64,000 nucleotides of DNA from Hypanus sabinus (taxonomy: Eukaryota): contig NC_082717.1 of assembly GCF_030144855.1 (NCBI RefSeq), forward strand, positions 86,924,001 to 86,988,000, written 5' to 3'. The notes under the pieces were generated by a model, which had not been told where the DNA came from, made no database searches, and saw nothing but the letters and a program-made list of their open reading frames with translations. Of this stretch, positions 11,201 through 24,779 are shown piece by piece. The stretch's first letter is position 1, and each line of letters begins with the position of its first letter. The position numbers and the translations under genes are program-made.

Positions 11201-13665
11201 TATAATCTAAAATACATTATCTTCCATGTGTCAAATCCCTAATTTCTCATTACTTCAAGGCTGCGGAGTTATAGGTAACCAGCATGGGTTTTCCCAGACC
11301 TTGTGACCATTATGCAGTCTAAATGCATTCCCAACATAGGCCCTTTCCTCTTCCATGTATTCTATTAACTATTATGATGAAGAGCAAGACTGTATTCTTC
11401 CTGAATGTTTCTCAGTTCCAGTAATGAGGAAGATGATGGTTTAAATTAATGGGAAATGAATGATTGATGTCCATTTAATATCGATCTAAATATCTTTGAT
11501 ATGATAGAATCAGTAGAGGGAGGAAAACAAATCTGATTTCTCATGTTTGGCCAATAGTAACTAAAATATGCTGTTTCCATGTGATCACTATTAATTACAG
11601 TCACTGAACAAACAGGGAAATGGATTGCTTAATTTTAGGCAAGTTATTCTAAAAAAAGCCATAGTTTGGAAAATCCACTAAAGCCTGGAATTAATTTGAA
11701 ACACGTCTTTTAATACTGAAGAAAAGTAAGATCACAAAAGCTGTTTTTGGGATACAAAATAATATCCTTGGTTCATTAATCCCCAGGTAAGTCACAAGGG
11801 TGAACTTCCACTCAAACAAGGAGACTGAACTGCCCAGGTGGTTCAATCCAATTCATCTCCAACAACAGGTGAATAATGCAGTACACACCCTGGTTTTCAA
11901 AATGTGTTCTCCACTCTGCTCTACGGGTGAATTAATGTTCATTATTAAATGTGATCCACTCTTCCATTACTGTCTCTCTCTATTCTTTGTCTCCCTCTGG
12001 AGTTGAGCAGATCTGTTCTGATGAATCTGGTTGCATCAGCCTGCATGGCAGCTCATTCCAGACCTTACCCGATGGTTGAGTGGAAGTTTCTCCCCATCTT
12101 CACTCTGGGTCTCGCACCAATCACTGTAAATCAGCCATCTATGGTTATTGCCCCTTCACCCAATGCACACAGTGATGGAGACCTTGGCCTCTGTTGTACA
12201 CACTGAACACACGCTACACACAACCTCTGAAATTCATTGACAGGATACTGCAGCAAATATGGTCACTCCAGGCTATTAGTTCCCACAACAGAAGATGTAC
12301 TTCCACCTCAGTAATATGATGCTATCAACACTTCAGCCAAATCTGCTTTCAGCTTCTCTGCTCCAAGGAAAAGCACTGCAGACCTTCCATGTACCTATAT
12401 TCCCATTCCCATAGGGAAATCTCTTCTGTCAGCTTCTCTAAGTGTTTCCTGCCCATGTAGAAGTGCCCAATAGCAGGCACCAGATCACAGCTGAGAGTTA
12501 GACATTGGGCTGAGATCCCCGCCTGATTGTGGCTCCCTTTGTCACCATTTCTTGACCCAACAGAGGGGAGAGTTGTATGGTTAGTTCAGACTAGTGCTGA
12601 CATAACAGGAGTACATCTGCTTGATACTTCCTACAAAGTGAAACCCAACAGCATGAATTGCAGCGATGCTTCACTACCAGATGAACTCAATGCCTTCAAT
12701 GCCTGCTTTGAAAGGGAGAATATAACTGCAGCTGTGAAGATTCCTGCTGCACCCAGTGACCCTGTGATTTCTGTCTCAGAGGCCAATGCTAGATTGTCTT
12801 TAAAGAGAGTGAACCCTCGCAAGGCGGAAGGTCCCAATGGAGTACCTGTTAAGGCTCTGAAAACTTGTACCAACCAATTGGTGGGAGTATTCAAGGATAT
12901 TTTCAACCTCTCACTGCTACAGGCAGAAGTTTGCACTTGCTGCAAAATGCAACGATTATACCAGTGGCTAAGAAGAATAATGTGAGCTGCCTTGATGATT
13001 ATTGCCCAGTTGCACTCATCTCAACAGTGATGATATGCTTTAAGAGGTTGGTTATGACTAAACTGACCTCTTGCCTCAGCAAGCACCTGGACTCATTGCA
13101 ATTCTCCTATCACCACAATAGGTCAACAGCAGATGCAAGCTCAATGGCTCCTCATATGGCCTTAGACCACCTGGACAATACCAACACCCATGTCAGGATG
13201 CTGACTACAGCTCAGCATTTAATAACATCATTCCTACAATTCTGATTGATAAATTACAGAACCTAGGCCTCTGTACCTCCCTCTGCAATAAGATTCTCGA
13301 CCTCCTAACCAGAGGACCACAATCTGTGTGGATTGGTGATAATATCTCCTCCTCGCTGACTAGCAGGGGTGTGTGCTCAGCCCACTGCTCTACTCTATCT
13401 ATGCCCATGACTGAGTGACTAGGCATAGCTCAAATACCATCTATAAATTTGCTGATGGTAGAACCATTGTTGGTAGAATCTCAGATGGAGATGCAAGAGC
13501 GTACAGGATCGGGATATTCCAACTAGTGAAGTGATGTCGCAGCAACAACCTTGCACTCAATGTCAGTAAGACAAAAGAGCTGACTGTGGACTTCAAGAAG
13601 GGAAGACAAAAGAACACATACCAATTCTCACTGAGGGATCGAAAGTGGAGAGAGTGAGCAGTTTC

Positions 13666-16600
13666 TTTCTTTTTCAATATTTTTATTGATTACTTGCATA
13701 GACAAATACAAAATACACTATGATATTATGAAAACAGAAACAAAGTTGAAATGCCCCATATCTGTGTATAGTAAATTAAATGTAATATTGAAAAGATATA
13801 TTTTATTCTAATCTAAAACAAAATCAAAACCCATAACAAAAAAAAAGAGAAAAAAAAAGAAAAAAGAAAAAAAAATTCCTGTACATATAGTCATAAATTC
13901 AAACATATAATAGCCGTCATCATTGATGAACTAGTCAAAGATTGTGAAAGTAGTTCCAAAAAGGTCCCCATAATGTGAAAAAGTCTTGTCTAGGTACAGA
14001 AATAGAATACCAAATCTTTTCTAAATTTAAACATGACATAACATCAATCAACCAATGGGCATGAGTAGGCAGAGCAGCATCTTTCCATTGAAGCAACAAA
14101 ACTCTTCTGGCTAAAAGAGAAATAAAAGCTAAACTATGCCAATCATTTGGCTTAAGAACAAAATCATTTCCTCCAACAGTGCCAAACAAGACAGTCAGAG
14201 GGTTGGGTTTAAAGTTTACTTTAAAAAGCTCCAAGAAAGTTGGAAATACTTCTTTCCAAAATTTATCAAGCTGTGGGCAGGACCCAAAGACATGAATTAG
14301 AGAGGCCTCTTCAACATTACACCTGTTACAGTATGGAGAGAAATCTAAGTAAAAAGGAGAGAGCTTGTCTTTAGTCATATAGGCTCTATCAACCACTTTA
14401 AATTGTAAAAGAGAGTGATGCACACATAACGAAGAGGTGTGGACAAGTTTAAAAATTTCATTCCAAGTACCCCCATCAATTGAAATCTGTAGGTCTTGTT
14501 CCCAGAAGTTTTTAATTTTATATAACAGAATGTTTTGCATTGCCAACAACATACTATAAATATTAGAAATAGATCCATTATGAAAGGGTTTCAGAGTAAA
14601 AATTGTATCAATTCATATCTGGACATTTCGGAAATGTATGAAGTTGAGAATGCAAGAAGTCTCTAATTTGTAACTATCTAAAAAGTGAGCTTTACGGAGA
14701 TTATATTTAATAGATAGTTGATCGAATGAGGAAAGACTATCTCCAACAAACAGAATTTTCTAAATTGTAACCAATTCCTCAAAGAATGTTTAACTACATA
14801 ATTATGAGTTAAATTACTTAAGGATAGAGGAATTAAAGAACCAAGAAGAGAAATAATAGAAGATTTATTAACAGAATTAACTTCTGAGGAAACCCAGATC
14901 GGACAGTCTTCATGATTAATATAATATAACCAAAACCAATAAGGTGGCATATATTGACTGCCCAGTAGTAAAACCTAAAATTGGGTAGGGCTAATCCCCC
15001 ATTATTTTTAGTTTTCTGAAGATTAGCTTTGTTTAATCGGGGGGGGGGGGAGGGGGTTTATTCTTCCATAAATAAGAAGATATAATCAAAACTGAAGAGT
15101 CAAAAAAGGATTTAGGAATAAAAATAGGTATGACTTGAAATAAATATAAAAATTTAGGCAAAATATTCATTTTAATAGAATAGGTATGTCCAATTAGCAG
15201 CAAAGAAACGGGAGGCCAGTTTGATAGTACTTTCTTAACATACTCCAAAAGAGTGATGAAATCTTCTTTAAAAAGAGATTTATAACTTTTCTTTTTAAAT
15301 CTTTTTATAAATTTTCAAAGCATAAGAAGAAAAATAGCAAATACAGAGAGCTTGAGAGTACATAATTAATAAGGCTGGAATACAAATACAAAGAGTTAAT
15401 AACAGAGATATAATAAACTCCCAAACTCACACTGTCTTACAAAAGTGGACCCCCACCTCCAAAATAACAACAGCTAACCTAATTGACATGGGCTATTGTA
15501 TCACATCAGGCATATACAGTAGTATCAATAACTCCGCATCTCTATCCAAATAACTAAAGGTGATAAGAAAAAGGTTCAGGAAAGGTCAGTTTAACTCATA
15601 TGAAAATGTTGAATAAATGGTCTCCATTATCGAATAAAATTGAACAAAATTGATTAAATTTTACCGAATGGTCAAAAATGACACTTCTGATTTTTCTAAA
15701 CTCAAACAAGATATAGTTTGGGAAAACCATTGAAATGTAGTTGGGGGATTAATTTCTTTCCAGTTCAGTAGAATAGGTCTTCTAGCCATTAGTGTGACAA
15801 ATGCAATCATCTGTTGAGCTGAGGGGATAAATAAATGTTACCCACCATTGGTAAGCCAAAAATTGCAGTAATAGGATGAGGTTGCAAATTAATACTCAAA
15901 ACTGTTGAAATGATACCAAAAATATCTTTCCAGTATTTTTGCAAGCAAGGGCAAGACCAGAACATGTGGGTCAAATAAGACGCTTCAGAATGGCATCTAT
16001 CACAGATTGGATTAACGTGAGAATAAAATCGAGCAAGTTTGTCCTTAGACATTCGGCCCTATGTACCACCTTGAATTGTATTAAGGCATGTTTGGCACAA
16101 ATAGAACAGGAGTTAACTAATTGTAAAATTTTCTCCCATTGCTCTGTAGGCAAGGGACATCGAAGTTCTTTTTCCCATTCATTCTTAATTTTATCTGACA
16201 TCCCTGGCTGTATTTTCATGATCATATGGCTATTAAACCCTTCTGATAGGGATTTAAACCTAGATTTTTTTTCCTTAATGTCAATTGGGCATGAATTTGG
16301 AAAGGACTGTAACATATTATTCAAAAAATTTCTAATTTGTAAATATCTAAAAAAAATGGGCTCTAGGCAAATTATATTTATTAGACAACTGTTCAAAGGA
16401 CATGAAACAATTATCTAAAAATAAGTCACCAAAACATGTTATACCACTTGTTTTCCATAGCACAAAGGCTTGATCCATAACAGTGGACTTAAAAAGAAAG
16501 TTAGATATAATAGGGCTTGATAAGATGAACTTATTCAAACCAAAACATTTATAGAATTGAAACCATATTCGTAATGTATATTTAACCATAGGGTTAGTCA

Positions 16601-19600
16601 TTTGTTTATTTGTTATTGTATAGCCAGAAAAGCTACTAAACTGAGCGAGCAAGGATAACATAACAGGAATAGATCTCTCAGGGCCAGAGATATATAGTAA
16701 CATATCATCAGTGTATAATGATAGCTTATATGTCCCTTCCCCATGGGTAATACCAAAAATGTTAGATGAATCACGAATAGCAATGGCTAAGGGTTCCAAA
16801 GCAATGTCAAATAGTAGAGGACTTAAAGGACAGCCTTACCTCGTGCCACAAGACAACTGAAAAAAGGGAGATCTTTGATTATTGGTAAGAACCGAAGCCA
16901 AAGGCTGATAATATATTAATTTAATCCATGATATAAATGTTGCACTGAAGTTAAAATTCTGAAGTGTATTAAATAAATATGGCCATTCAACTCTGTCAAA
17001 TGCTTTCTCAGTGTCCAAAGAAATGACACATTCTGGGATTCTAGATGAAGGAGTATAAGTTATATTAATTAATATTCTAATGTTAAAAGATGGATAATGA
17101 TTTTTAATAAATCCGGTCTGGTCCTCAGAAATTATTTGAGGTAGTATATTTTCCAATCTGGTGGCCAATATTTTGGTAAATATCTTGGAATCCACATTCA
17201 GCAAAGATATAGGCCAATATGATACATATTCAATAGGGTCTTTGTCTTTTTTAAGAATTAGAGAAATGAAAGCTTCATAAAAAGATTGTGGTAACTTACC
17301 TACAGTTAATGTGTCCTTAAAATTTTTACATAACCAAGGAGAAAGTATAGAAGAAAAAGATTTTTACAATTCCACAGTAAAACTAGGGGTTTTACCTGAA
17401 TTCATTGGAAAAATAGCCTCTTTTATTTTGGCTTCTGTAATGGGTGCATCTAATGATACACAATCCTTGGCTGTTAATTTTGGGATACTCAGTTTCCTTA
17501 AAAATTCATTCATTATGGAAGAATCGTCAGAAAATTCTGATTGATATAAAGAGCTATAAAATTCTTGAAACTTTATTTATCTCTTTATGATCTACCATCA
17601 GAGTGCCATCTTGTTTATGGATCTTAATGATCTGACATTTAACTGAAGCAGTTTTCAACTGATTAGCCAATAATTTACCAGATTTATCCCCATGTATATA
17701 AAACTGTCAGATTTGGTAAATTGATTTTCAGTTGAAGAGGGTAATAGCAAACTGTGCTCCATTTGAAGTTCAACTCTCTTTTTATGAAGTTCTTTACTAG
17801 GAGTCACAGAGTATGTCTTATCAATTGCTTTATTCTTATCAACCAACATAAGTATTTCAGTGTTAAATCATTTTCTGACTCCAGTAGAGTATGAAATAAT
17901 TTGTTCATGGATAAATGCTTTAAAAGTGTCCCATAATATTCCATTAGACATCTCTTCTGCAGAGTTTGTTGAAAAGAACAAATCAATTTGTTGCTTAATA
18001 AAGTTGAAAAAGTCATGAATCCTGAAGTAGAGTAGAGTTGAACTGCCATGGTTTAACACTTGAGGATGAATCCATTTTCTTAATAGATAGCTTCGAAGGT
18101 GCATGGTCAGAGATAGTAATAGAATCATAGTGACAGTCAATAACATCCGTAAGTAAACAATGACCAATAAAGAAATAGTCAATTCTTGAGTAATTATGAT
18201 AAACATGAGAGAAATATGAAAATTCTTTATCCTTAGGATGTAGAAATCGCCAAATTTCATAAATTCCAGAATCAACCATAAAGGAGTTAATGAGAGTGGC
18301 CGATTTATTTGGAAGAACCTGGTAAACTTAGATCTATCCATCGAGGGATTTAAACAACAATTAAAATTCCCACCCATTATCAGCATATTTAAATTAGGAA
18401 GGGATGTGAATAAACACTTAAAAATTTGGGACAGTCTATATTCGGGGCATAGACATTAACTAAAACAACTTTTTGGTTAAAAAGTAAACCAGTCAGGAGC
18501 AAAATCCTACCCTGTGGGTCTGAAATTGTTTCATAATGAATGAAAAAGGTTGAGGAATCTATAAAAATAGCAATACCTTTTACTTTAGCTTGAGAATTCA
18601 AATGGTACTGCAGATCCTTCCAAAAAAAAAAACATTGACTATCCTCTTTCCTCACACGAGTCTCTTGTGCAAAAAAATTGGCATTCATTCTAGGAAATAC
18701 TTTAAGTATTTTTTTCCGTTTAATCAGATGGTATAGACCATTTGTATTCCAAGAAACAAAGTTAATAATCTTATCCATATTGCTAATATTTATCATAGTA
18801 AATGCACAAGGTTAAACAGAAAGTAAACTCATGAATCTGGAAGAGGAGAGCAGGTTCGAAGAGGAACCGGAAGTTACGACACTTCAGCCATTTTGGTAGT
18901 TTCAAGTCAGCCCATGAAGGAAAAATTAAGCGAAAAGCAAAAGAGAAACCCCCTCCCCCCACCCACGAAAACCCAAGAAAAAGCCAGAGAAGGGCCAGCA
19001 AGCAGACTAACACTAATTTTACCCCCATCTCTCAAGACTGCAGCTCAAAAAAATGAAAAAAGACACAAACCACACATATTCCAAAAAAAAAACAAAGGGT
19101 TAGTATAACAGGAAAAAGTCTGTAAAATTAATATTAAAAAAAGACAAGATTAAGAGAAAAAAACTAAACAGTTAGAGCCTAAAACAGGGTAGCATTATAC
19201 TAATATTGCAATAACACACCAGCACTCTTGTTCAGACACACCCAAACGGATGTGACGTGTCCAAGAAATTAAGATCTTATGGGAAGAAGAAACAACATCT
19301 TGAAAAAAGAAACTGAAAAAAAGACTGAATGCTCCAGCATAAAAGATATAAAAAAATGTTCAAACTTAAAAACATTTAATTAGTAACTTTCAAAATCAAA
19401 AGAATAATAATAAAAAAAGAGTCTCAAAAGAGACAGAAAACAAACCTTTACTTGGACATGTAAAAAGTAGTTGCACTATCAGTCGGCACATATGGATCTT
19501 CAAATTATGGAAGGTCAGAATCTATAAGATAATTGTTAGCTTAAAAAAAGAGCAAAGACAATAAATAACCATTAAAGACAGATAATAAAAATACAATATG

Positions 19601-22600
19601 TTAATCAGCTCGTAGTAGAGAGATGATGTTCCTCGAGAAATCTTTAGGTGTCAGCAGGAGATTTAAACGGCTGGCGAGAGTTATCGGGAAGTACAACTCT
19701 CAGATGCACTGGGAATAGCAGCACTTGATTGAAGCCTTTCTGATAGAATTCTGACATCACCGGTTTAAAAGCCATTCTTTCCCTCAAAACTTCAGGACTG
19801 AAATCTTGCACGATATGAAATTTGAATTCTTGAAAGTTGATCATGCCCTTCTGTCAGGAAACTCGAATCAGGTGATTTTTAATATGAGCATAGTGAAGCT
19901 GGAGGATTACTGGCCGTGATTTTTCACCTGGAACTGGTTTTAAGCGAGAGATGTGTTGCGTGTTGTCGATCACTGGAGGGGTATCCAGAACATTTGAGCC
20001 GAGAAGGATCTCCCTTCTCGACATCTTCCGAGAGCCCGATTATCCACAGGTTCTATCTTCAAGATTGATTTTCAAGAACAATAATTTTGGATTTGTAGCA
20101 TTCCAGAACTTGAGAAGTGGAAGGCAGCTTTTGTTCCAAAGTTTCAATTCTACAACCCCTCTGACGAGCAGCTTCTTTGAGAGCTGAAATTCTTGCTTGT
20201 TGTTGTTGAATTTCCGATTTAAGTGATTGAAGACTTAAGTCGACCATCTTTAAAGTTTCGTCAAGCAGGGAAAATTTTGGGCTAATTTTTCCTCCAGTCT
20301 CTCATCCATAAGTTTCCCGATTGTGTCCAGAGTTAACGGTTCTTTAGTTGCTCTTGCTTCTTTAGTTTCTCGTGGTCTCCCAGTCATTTTAACAAGTTGA
20401 AAATAAAACTCAGAAAGTCGAAAAGTATATCTTAAATACCAACCCCTTTAGTGTAGGTATAAATAAGTCTGTTGGGGGTGATTGCAGGTAAAAGAAGTAA
20501 AAGGATTGGAGTGAAGCCGAATTCAGCTTCACATCATGAGTGCCATATTGAGAGTTTCCAGAGATTTATAATTCTTAGCAATGTTATACCCAAACAAGTA
20601 AATTGATAGCTTACAATTTTAAAAGGTCAGAGTTGACTGACACCAAATTATTCAAAGGAAAAGGTTCATTTTTATGAAGGTTAAGTTTATATCCTGAGAA
20701 CTAACTAAATTCAGAAAATAAATAAAGTACTGAGGGTAGAGAGGACTCCACATTAGAGAGCAAAAGTCATCAGCATAAAACAACATCTTATGAGTGATAC
20801 CCCTCCTTAAAATACCCGAGATGTCAACGGTTTCACGAAACACATTGGCTAAAGGCTCTAAGAGCAAATCAAAAAGCAAAAGACTCAAAGGACACCCTTG
20901 TCTGGTTCCATGTTGAAGACTAACACTTGAGAACACTTGTAGAACACTTGAGAGTTAGTAAGAACCTGTACAGAGGGAGATAAATAAAGTAATTTAATGC
21001 ATCAAATAACATTGGACCCAAAGTTAAATTTTTCTAATATTTAAGATAAATAATTCCATTCAACCCGGTCAAAGGCTTCCTCAGCATCTAAAGAAATCAC
21101 ACATGCCAAAGTTTCTTTGGAAGGAGAATAAATAACATTCAGTAAATGGAGAATGTTAAAATGAGAATAACGATTTTTGATAAATCTGGTTTGGTCATCA
21201 GAGATAATAGAAGGCAGAATGTTTTCCATCTTAGGAGCAAAAAGTTTAGACAAAATTTTGGCATCAACATTAAGTAAAGAAATAGGTCTGTAGAAAGATC
21301 CAATCAGTTGGATCTTTAGTCTTTTTGTGAATAAGTGAAATAGAGGAGCCATGAAAGGATTGTGGCAACCTGTCTAATTTAAAAGAGTCAGAAAGAACAG
21401 AAAATAAGTGAGGGATAAGCAATGGAGCAAAAGCCTTACAGAACTCTGCTGAAAATCCGTCAGGATCAGGAGCCTTCCCTGAACTCAGAGAATGGACAAC
21501 CTGGGCAATTTCCTCAGAAGAAAAAGGTTGATCTAACCATTTTCAATTAACCTCAGAAAGTGAAGGAATGTTTAAACAAACTAGAAAATTATTCATAGCA
21601 AAATTGACTTTAGGGGAATCAGAGCTATACAGTTTAGAGTAAAATTCTCTAAAACTATAATTTATTTTTAATTGATCAGAAGTTATATCACCACTTGCTT
21701 TGAAGATTTCCTTAATTTGATGTTTAACTATTAAAGTTTTAAGTTGATTAGACAAAAGTTTGCCTGTTTTATCATCATGAACATAAAATTGACTTTTATC
21801 TTTTGAAAGTTGAATTTCCACAGGTTAAGTTAAGAGCAGATCATATTTAGTTTTAACTTCAGCACATCTTTTATATAAGACGGGATCTGGATTGGAAGCA
21901 TATTTTTGACCTAAGTGTTTCAACTGATTGGCTAAATCATTTCTCTCCTTATTAGCTTTTTTTCTCAATACTTGCTTAATACTTAATTTTCTTAATAATA
22001 AGAAATTATTTGGCCTCTAATATAAGCCTTGAAAGCATCCCAAATAATAAGGCTAGAAGTGCCATCTAGCATATTCTCTTAAAGGAAAAAGTAAATTGAC
22101 TCTCTAAGAATTAAAAAAACCTTATCCTATAGTAAGATTGGATTAAAATGCCAGAATCTGTTTGATTGAGAAACACCCGGAAGACTTAAAGATAAAAAGA
22201 CGGGGGCATGATCTGAAACAGCAATTTCTTTATATTCACAGGATCAAATGGAGGGAATAAAATGACTATCAACAAAAAGATATTCAATCCTGGAATAGGT
22301 ATGATGAACATGAGAAAAAAAGGTATATTCTCTACTTGTTGGATGTAAAAAAATGCCAAATATCAATAACGTCACACTTCATTAGAAAAGATTGAATAAA
22401 GGATGCAGATCTACTAATATTCAATCGTTTCAAAGATGAACGGTCTAAAATAGGATCAAGACAGCAATTAAAGTCACCTCCCAAGATTAAAGAGTACAAA
22501 TTTAAATCTGGTAAAAAAGAAAAAAAGTTCAAGAAAGCCCAAATCATCTATATTTGTAGCATAGAGATTAGCAAAAGCCATTAATTTGTTATCTAATTTC

Positions 22601-24104
22601 CCTGAGACTATAATGAACCGTCCATTAGGGTCAGACATTACATCAGGTTGAATAAAGGCAACTGAATTATCAATCAAAATCAAAGTACCTCTGGCCTTGG
22701 CTTGAAAGGAAGAATGAAAAGCTAGACCATTCCAATGTTTGATCCAACACCCACAGTCAGATCTGCGAACGTGTGTTTCTTGTAAAAAAAATAATTAAGA
22801 CACTCAATTTCTTAATATAGGTAAAAATCTTATTGCATTTCACAGGGTGGTTTAAACTTTTCACATTTAAACTAAGTAAATTAATATTGTGTACCATTTA
22901 AATATGTTTGAAACAGAGGTTAAACATATAAACCACTGGAATATACAAAAAAACCCAAACCTTAAAATTCAAAATACTTAACCAAGCAATAGATGAGATG
23001 GGGATAACCATATAGCTGATAAAAAGGAAAAAGAAAGAAACCAGCCCCCCCCCCCGCCCTCCTGCCTCTTAAAGAAAAAAATGCCCAAGAGAGGACGAAA
23101 GCTAATCTACTGATGAATCCCACCCACAGCATCCTACTGGTAGAGCTTCAAGAGAAGAGAAGATTAGTACAGAATGAATTCCAACCTAGACTAAATAACC
23201 TTCAAAAGAACTATATGGTACAGTATTAAACAATCTTCTGGACTTGATTCGGCCTGAAGAAAATCGTGCACTTCCTCAATCAAAAGAAACCACTTAGGAG
23301 ATCCAGTTTTCAAAATAATCCTGAGATGAGCGGGGTAATTTAGTGAAGGTTTATAGCCTTTGTTATATTACTCCGCCATGACCTTTTTATACTTAACATG
23401 TTTATTTAATACCTCAGGCGAATAATCTTTGACCAACCTTATCTTATAATCTTCAAAGTTAATCATACCTAAACAATGAGATTGGCGAATTATAGTAACC
23501 TTTGTGAAGAGGATTTAAACTCTGGGGCTCGGTGTGCCCGATCTATTCTTGGTGGAGTATCCAAAACATCAGAAAACAAATGAGCCAACAGCTTTGCAAA
23601 AAAATTTGAAGGTCGATCGCCTTTGACCAACTCAGGAAGTCCCAAAATTTGTAAATTGTTCCTTCTTGATCTCTTCTCCAAGGTGACAATCTTCTGTCTT
23701 AAAGATTCAACAATTTTCAATTGTTTATTTCCGAACTTTTCCAACTCATTCATCTTAGTATCCAGTCTCATTAAAGCATCTTCATGTTCTTGAATCTGAG
23801 TAGTATGTTCCTATAAAGTTTTTTGAATAGTCTGCAGCAGAATCTCCATTTGTTTAAGTTCCGTTGTAACTTTTAAACACACATCCGAAAGTTGTTTAGA
23901 CATTTTGTTCTGAGCTTTCTGAATTAGCTCCGCAATAACCTCCATAGTCACGGAAAGATCCGCTTCTTTTTTTTTACAAGTTTTAGCACGAGTCGTCATA
24001 ATACTCCAAGAGTAAGTTTTCAAAGCAGATTGGATTCAGTAATTTAAAAAGAACGGAGCCATTTGAGAAACACGTCTACTCCATGCACTGCCAGTAGGAG
24101 GAGT
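13666..24104 (-). mobile_element. L1 element A (near full-length, degenerate); segments 13666-15285 and 20572-24104, interrupted by L1 B
   Basis: Poly(A) tail appears as a T-rich run at 13666. ORF1 (23490-24023) includes RSRRNNLQILGLPE..IDRAHR. The endonuclease includes LGGDFNC. RT includes YRPISLLNVDAKIL, SLDAEEAFDRVEW, GTRQGCPLS and FYADD. The C-terminal Cys-rich region (CNRC..HVFGSC) is at 13935-14552. It is flanked by a 16-bp TSD. Confidence 0.88.
15286..20559 (-). mobile_element. L1 element B (near full-length, degenerate) nested in L1 A
   Basis: Own ORF1 remnants (19644-20390), an A-rich inter-ORF spacer, endonuclease (SWNTNGL, AQETRV, NVYAPN, GGNFN, SRIDYF, SDHAP), RT (LYTDD) and a C-terminal CDRC..HMFWSC. 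TSD AGAGATTTATAA at 15274-15285 and 20560-20571. Confidence 0.88.
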
Positions 24105-24779
24105 GAGAGTGAGCAATTTCAAGTTCATGGGTGTCAACATCTTTGAGGACCCAACCTGGTCCCAACATATCGATGCAGGTATAAAGAAGGCAAGACAGTG
24201 ACTATACTTCATTAGAAGTTTGAAGAGATTTGGTATGCCAACAAAAACACTTAAAAATTCCTATAGATGTACCGTGGAGAGCGTTCTGACAGGCTGCATT
24301 ACTGTCTGGTATGCGGTGGGGGGGGGGGGGTCCACTGCACAGGACTGAAAGAAGCTGCAGCGGATTGTAAATTTAATTGGCTCCATCTTGGGTACTAGCC
24401 TATAAAGTACCCAGAACATCTTCAAGGAGTGGTACCTCTAAAGGGCAGCATCCACCACTCAGGACGTGTACTCATCTCATTGTTACCATCAGGAAGGAGG
24501 TACAGAAGCCTGAAGGCACACACTCAGTGATTCAGGAACAGCTTCTTCGCTTCTGCCATCTGATTCTTAAATGGACATTGAACCCATGAACCCTACCTCA
24601 CTATATATTATTTATGTTTTTGCATGATTTTTATTATTCGATATACATATACTGTAATTGATTTACGTACTTATTTACATTATTTATGTTATATATTGCA
24701 TTGAACTGCAGCTGCTAAGTTAACAAATTTCATGACACATGCCAATGATAATAAACCTGATTCTCATTCTGATTATAAC

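Larger units (their letters stand above)
12625..24774 (+). mobile_element. Rex1/Babar-like LINE (5'-truncated), split into 12625-13665 and 24105-24774 by an L1 insertion
   Basis: RT segments include LPDELNAF..RVNPRKAEGPNGVP..LVGVFKDIFNLSL, CPVALISTVMICFKRLV and YKFADG. The frame resumes at 24121 (KFMGVNIFED). It ends with AATAAACCTGATTCTCATTCTGATT. A 16-bp TSD GAGAGTGAGCA(G/A)TTTC lies at 13650-13665 and 24105-24120. Confidence 0.85.

Noticed and set aside
13935-14552. 205-aa ORF as a host gene
   Set aside because: It is the Cys-rich C-terminus of degenerate L1 A ORF2, with disrupted upstream frames.
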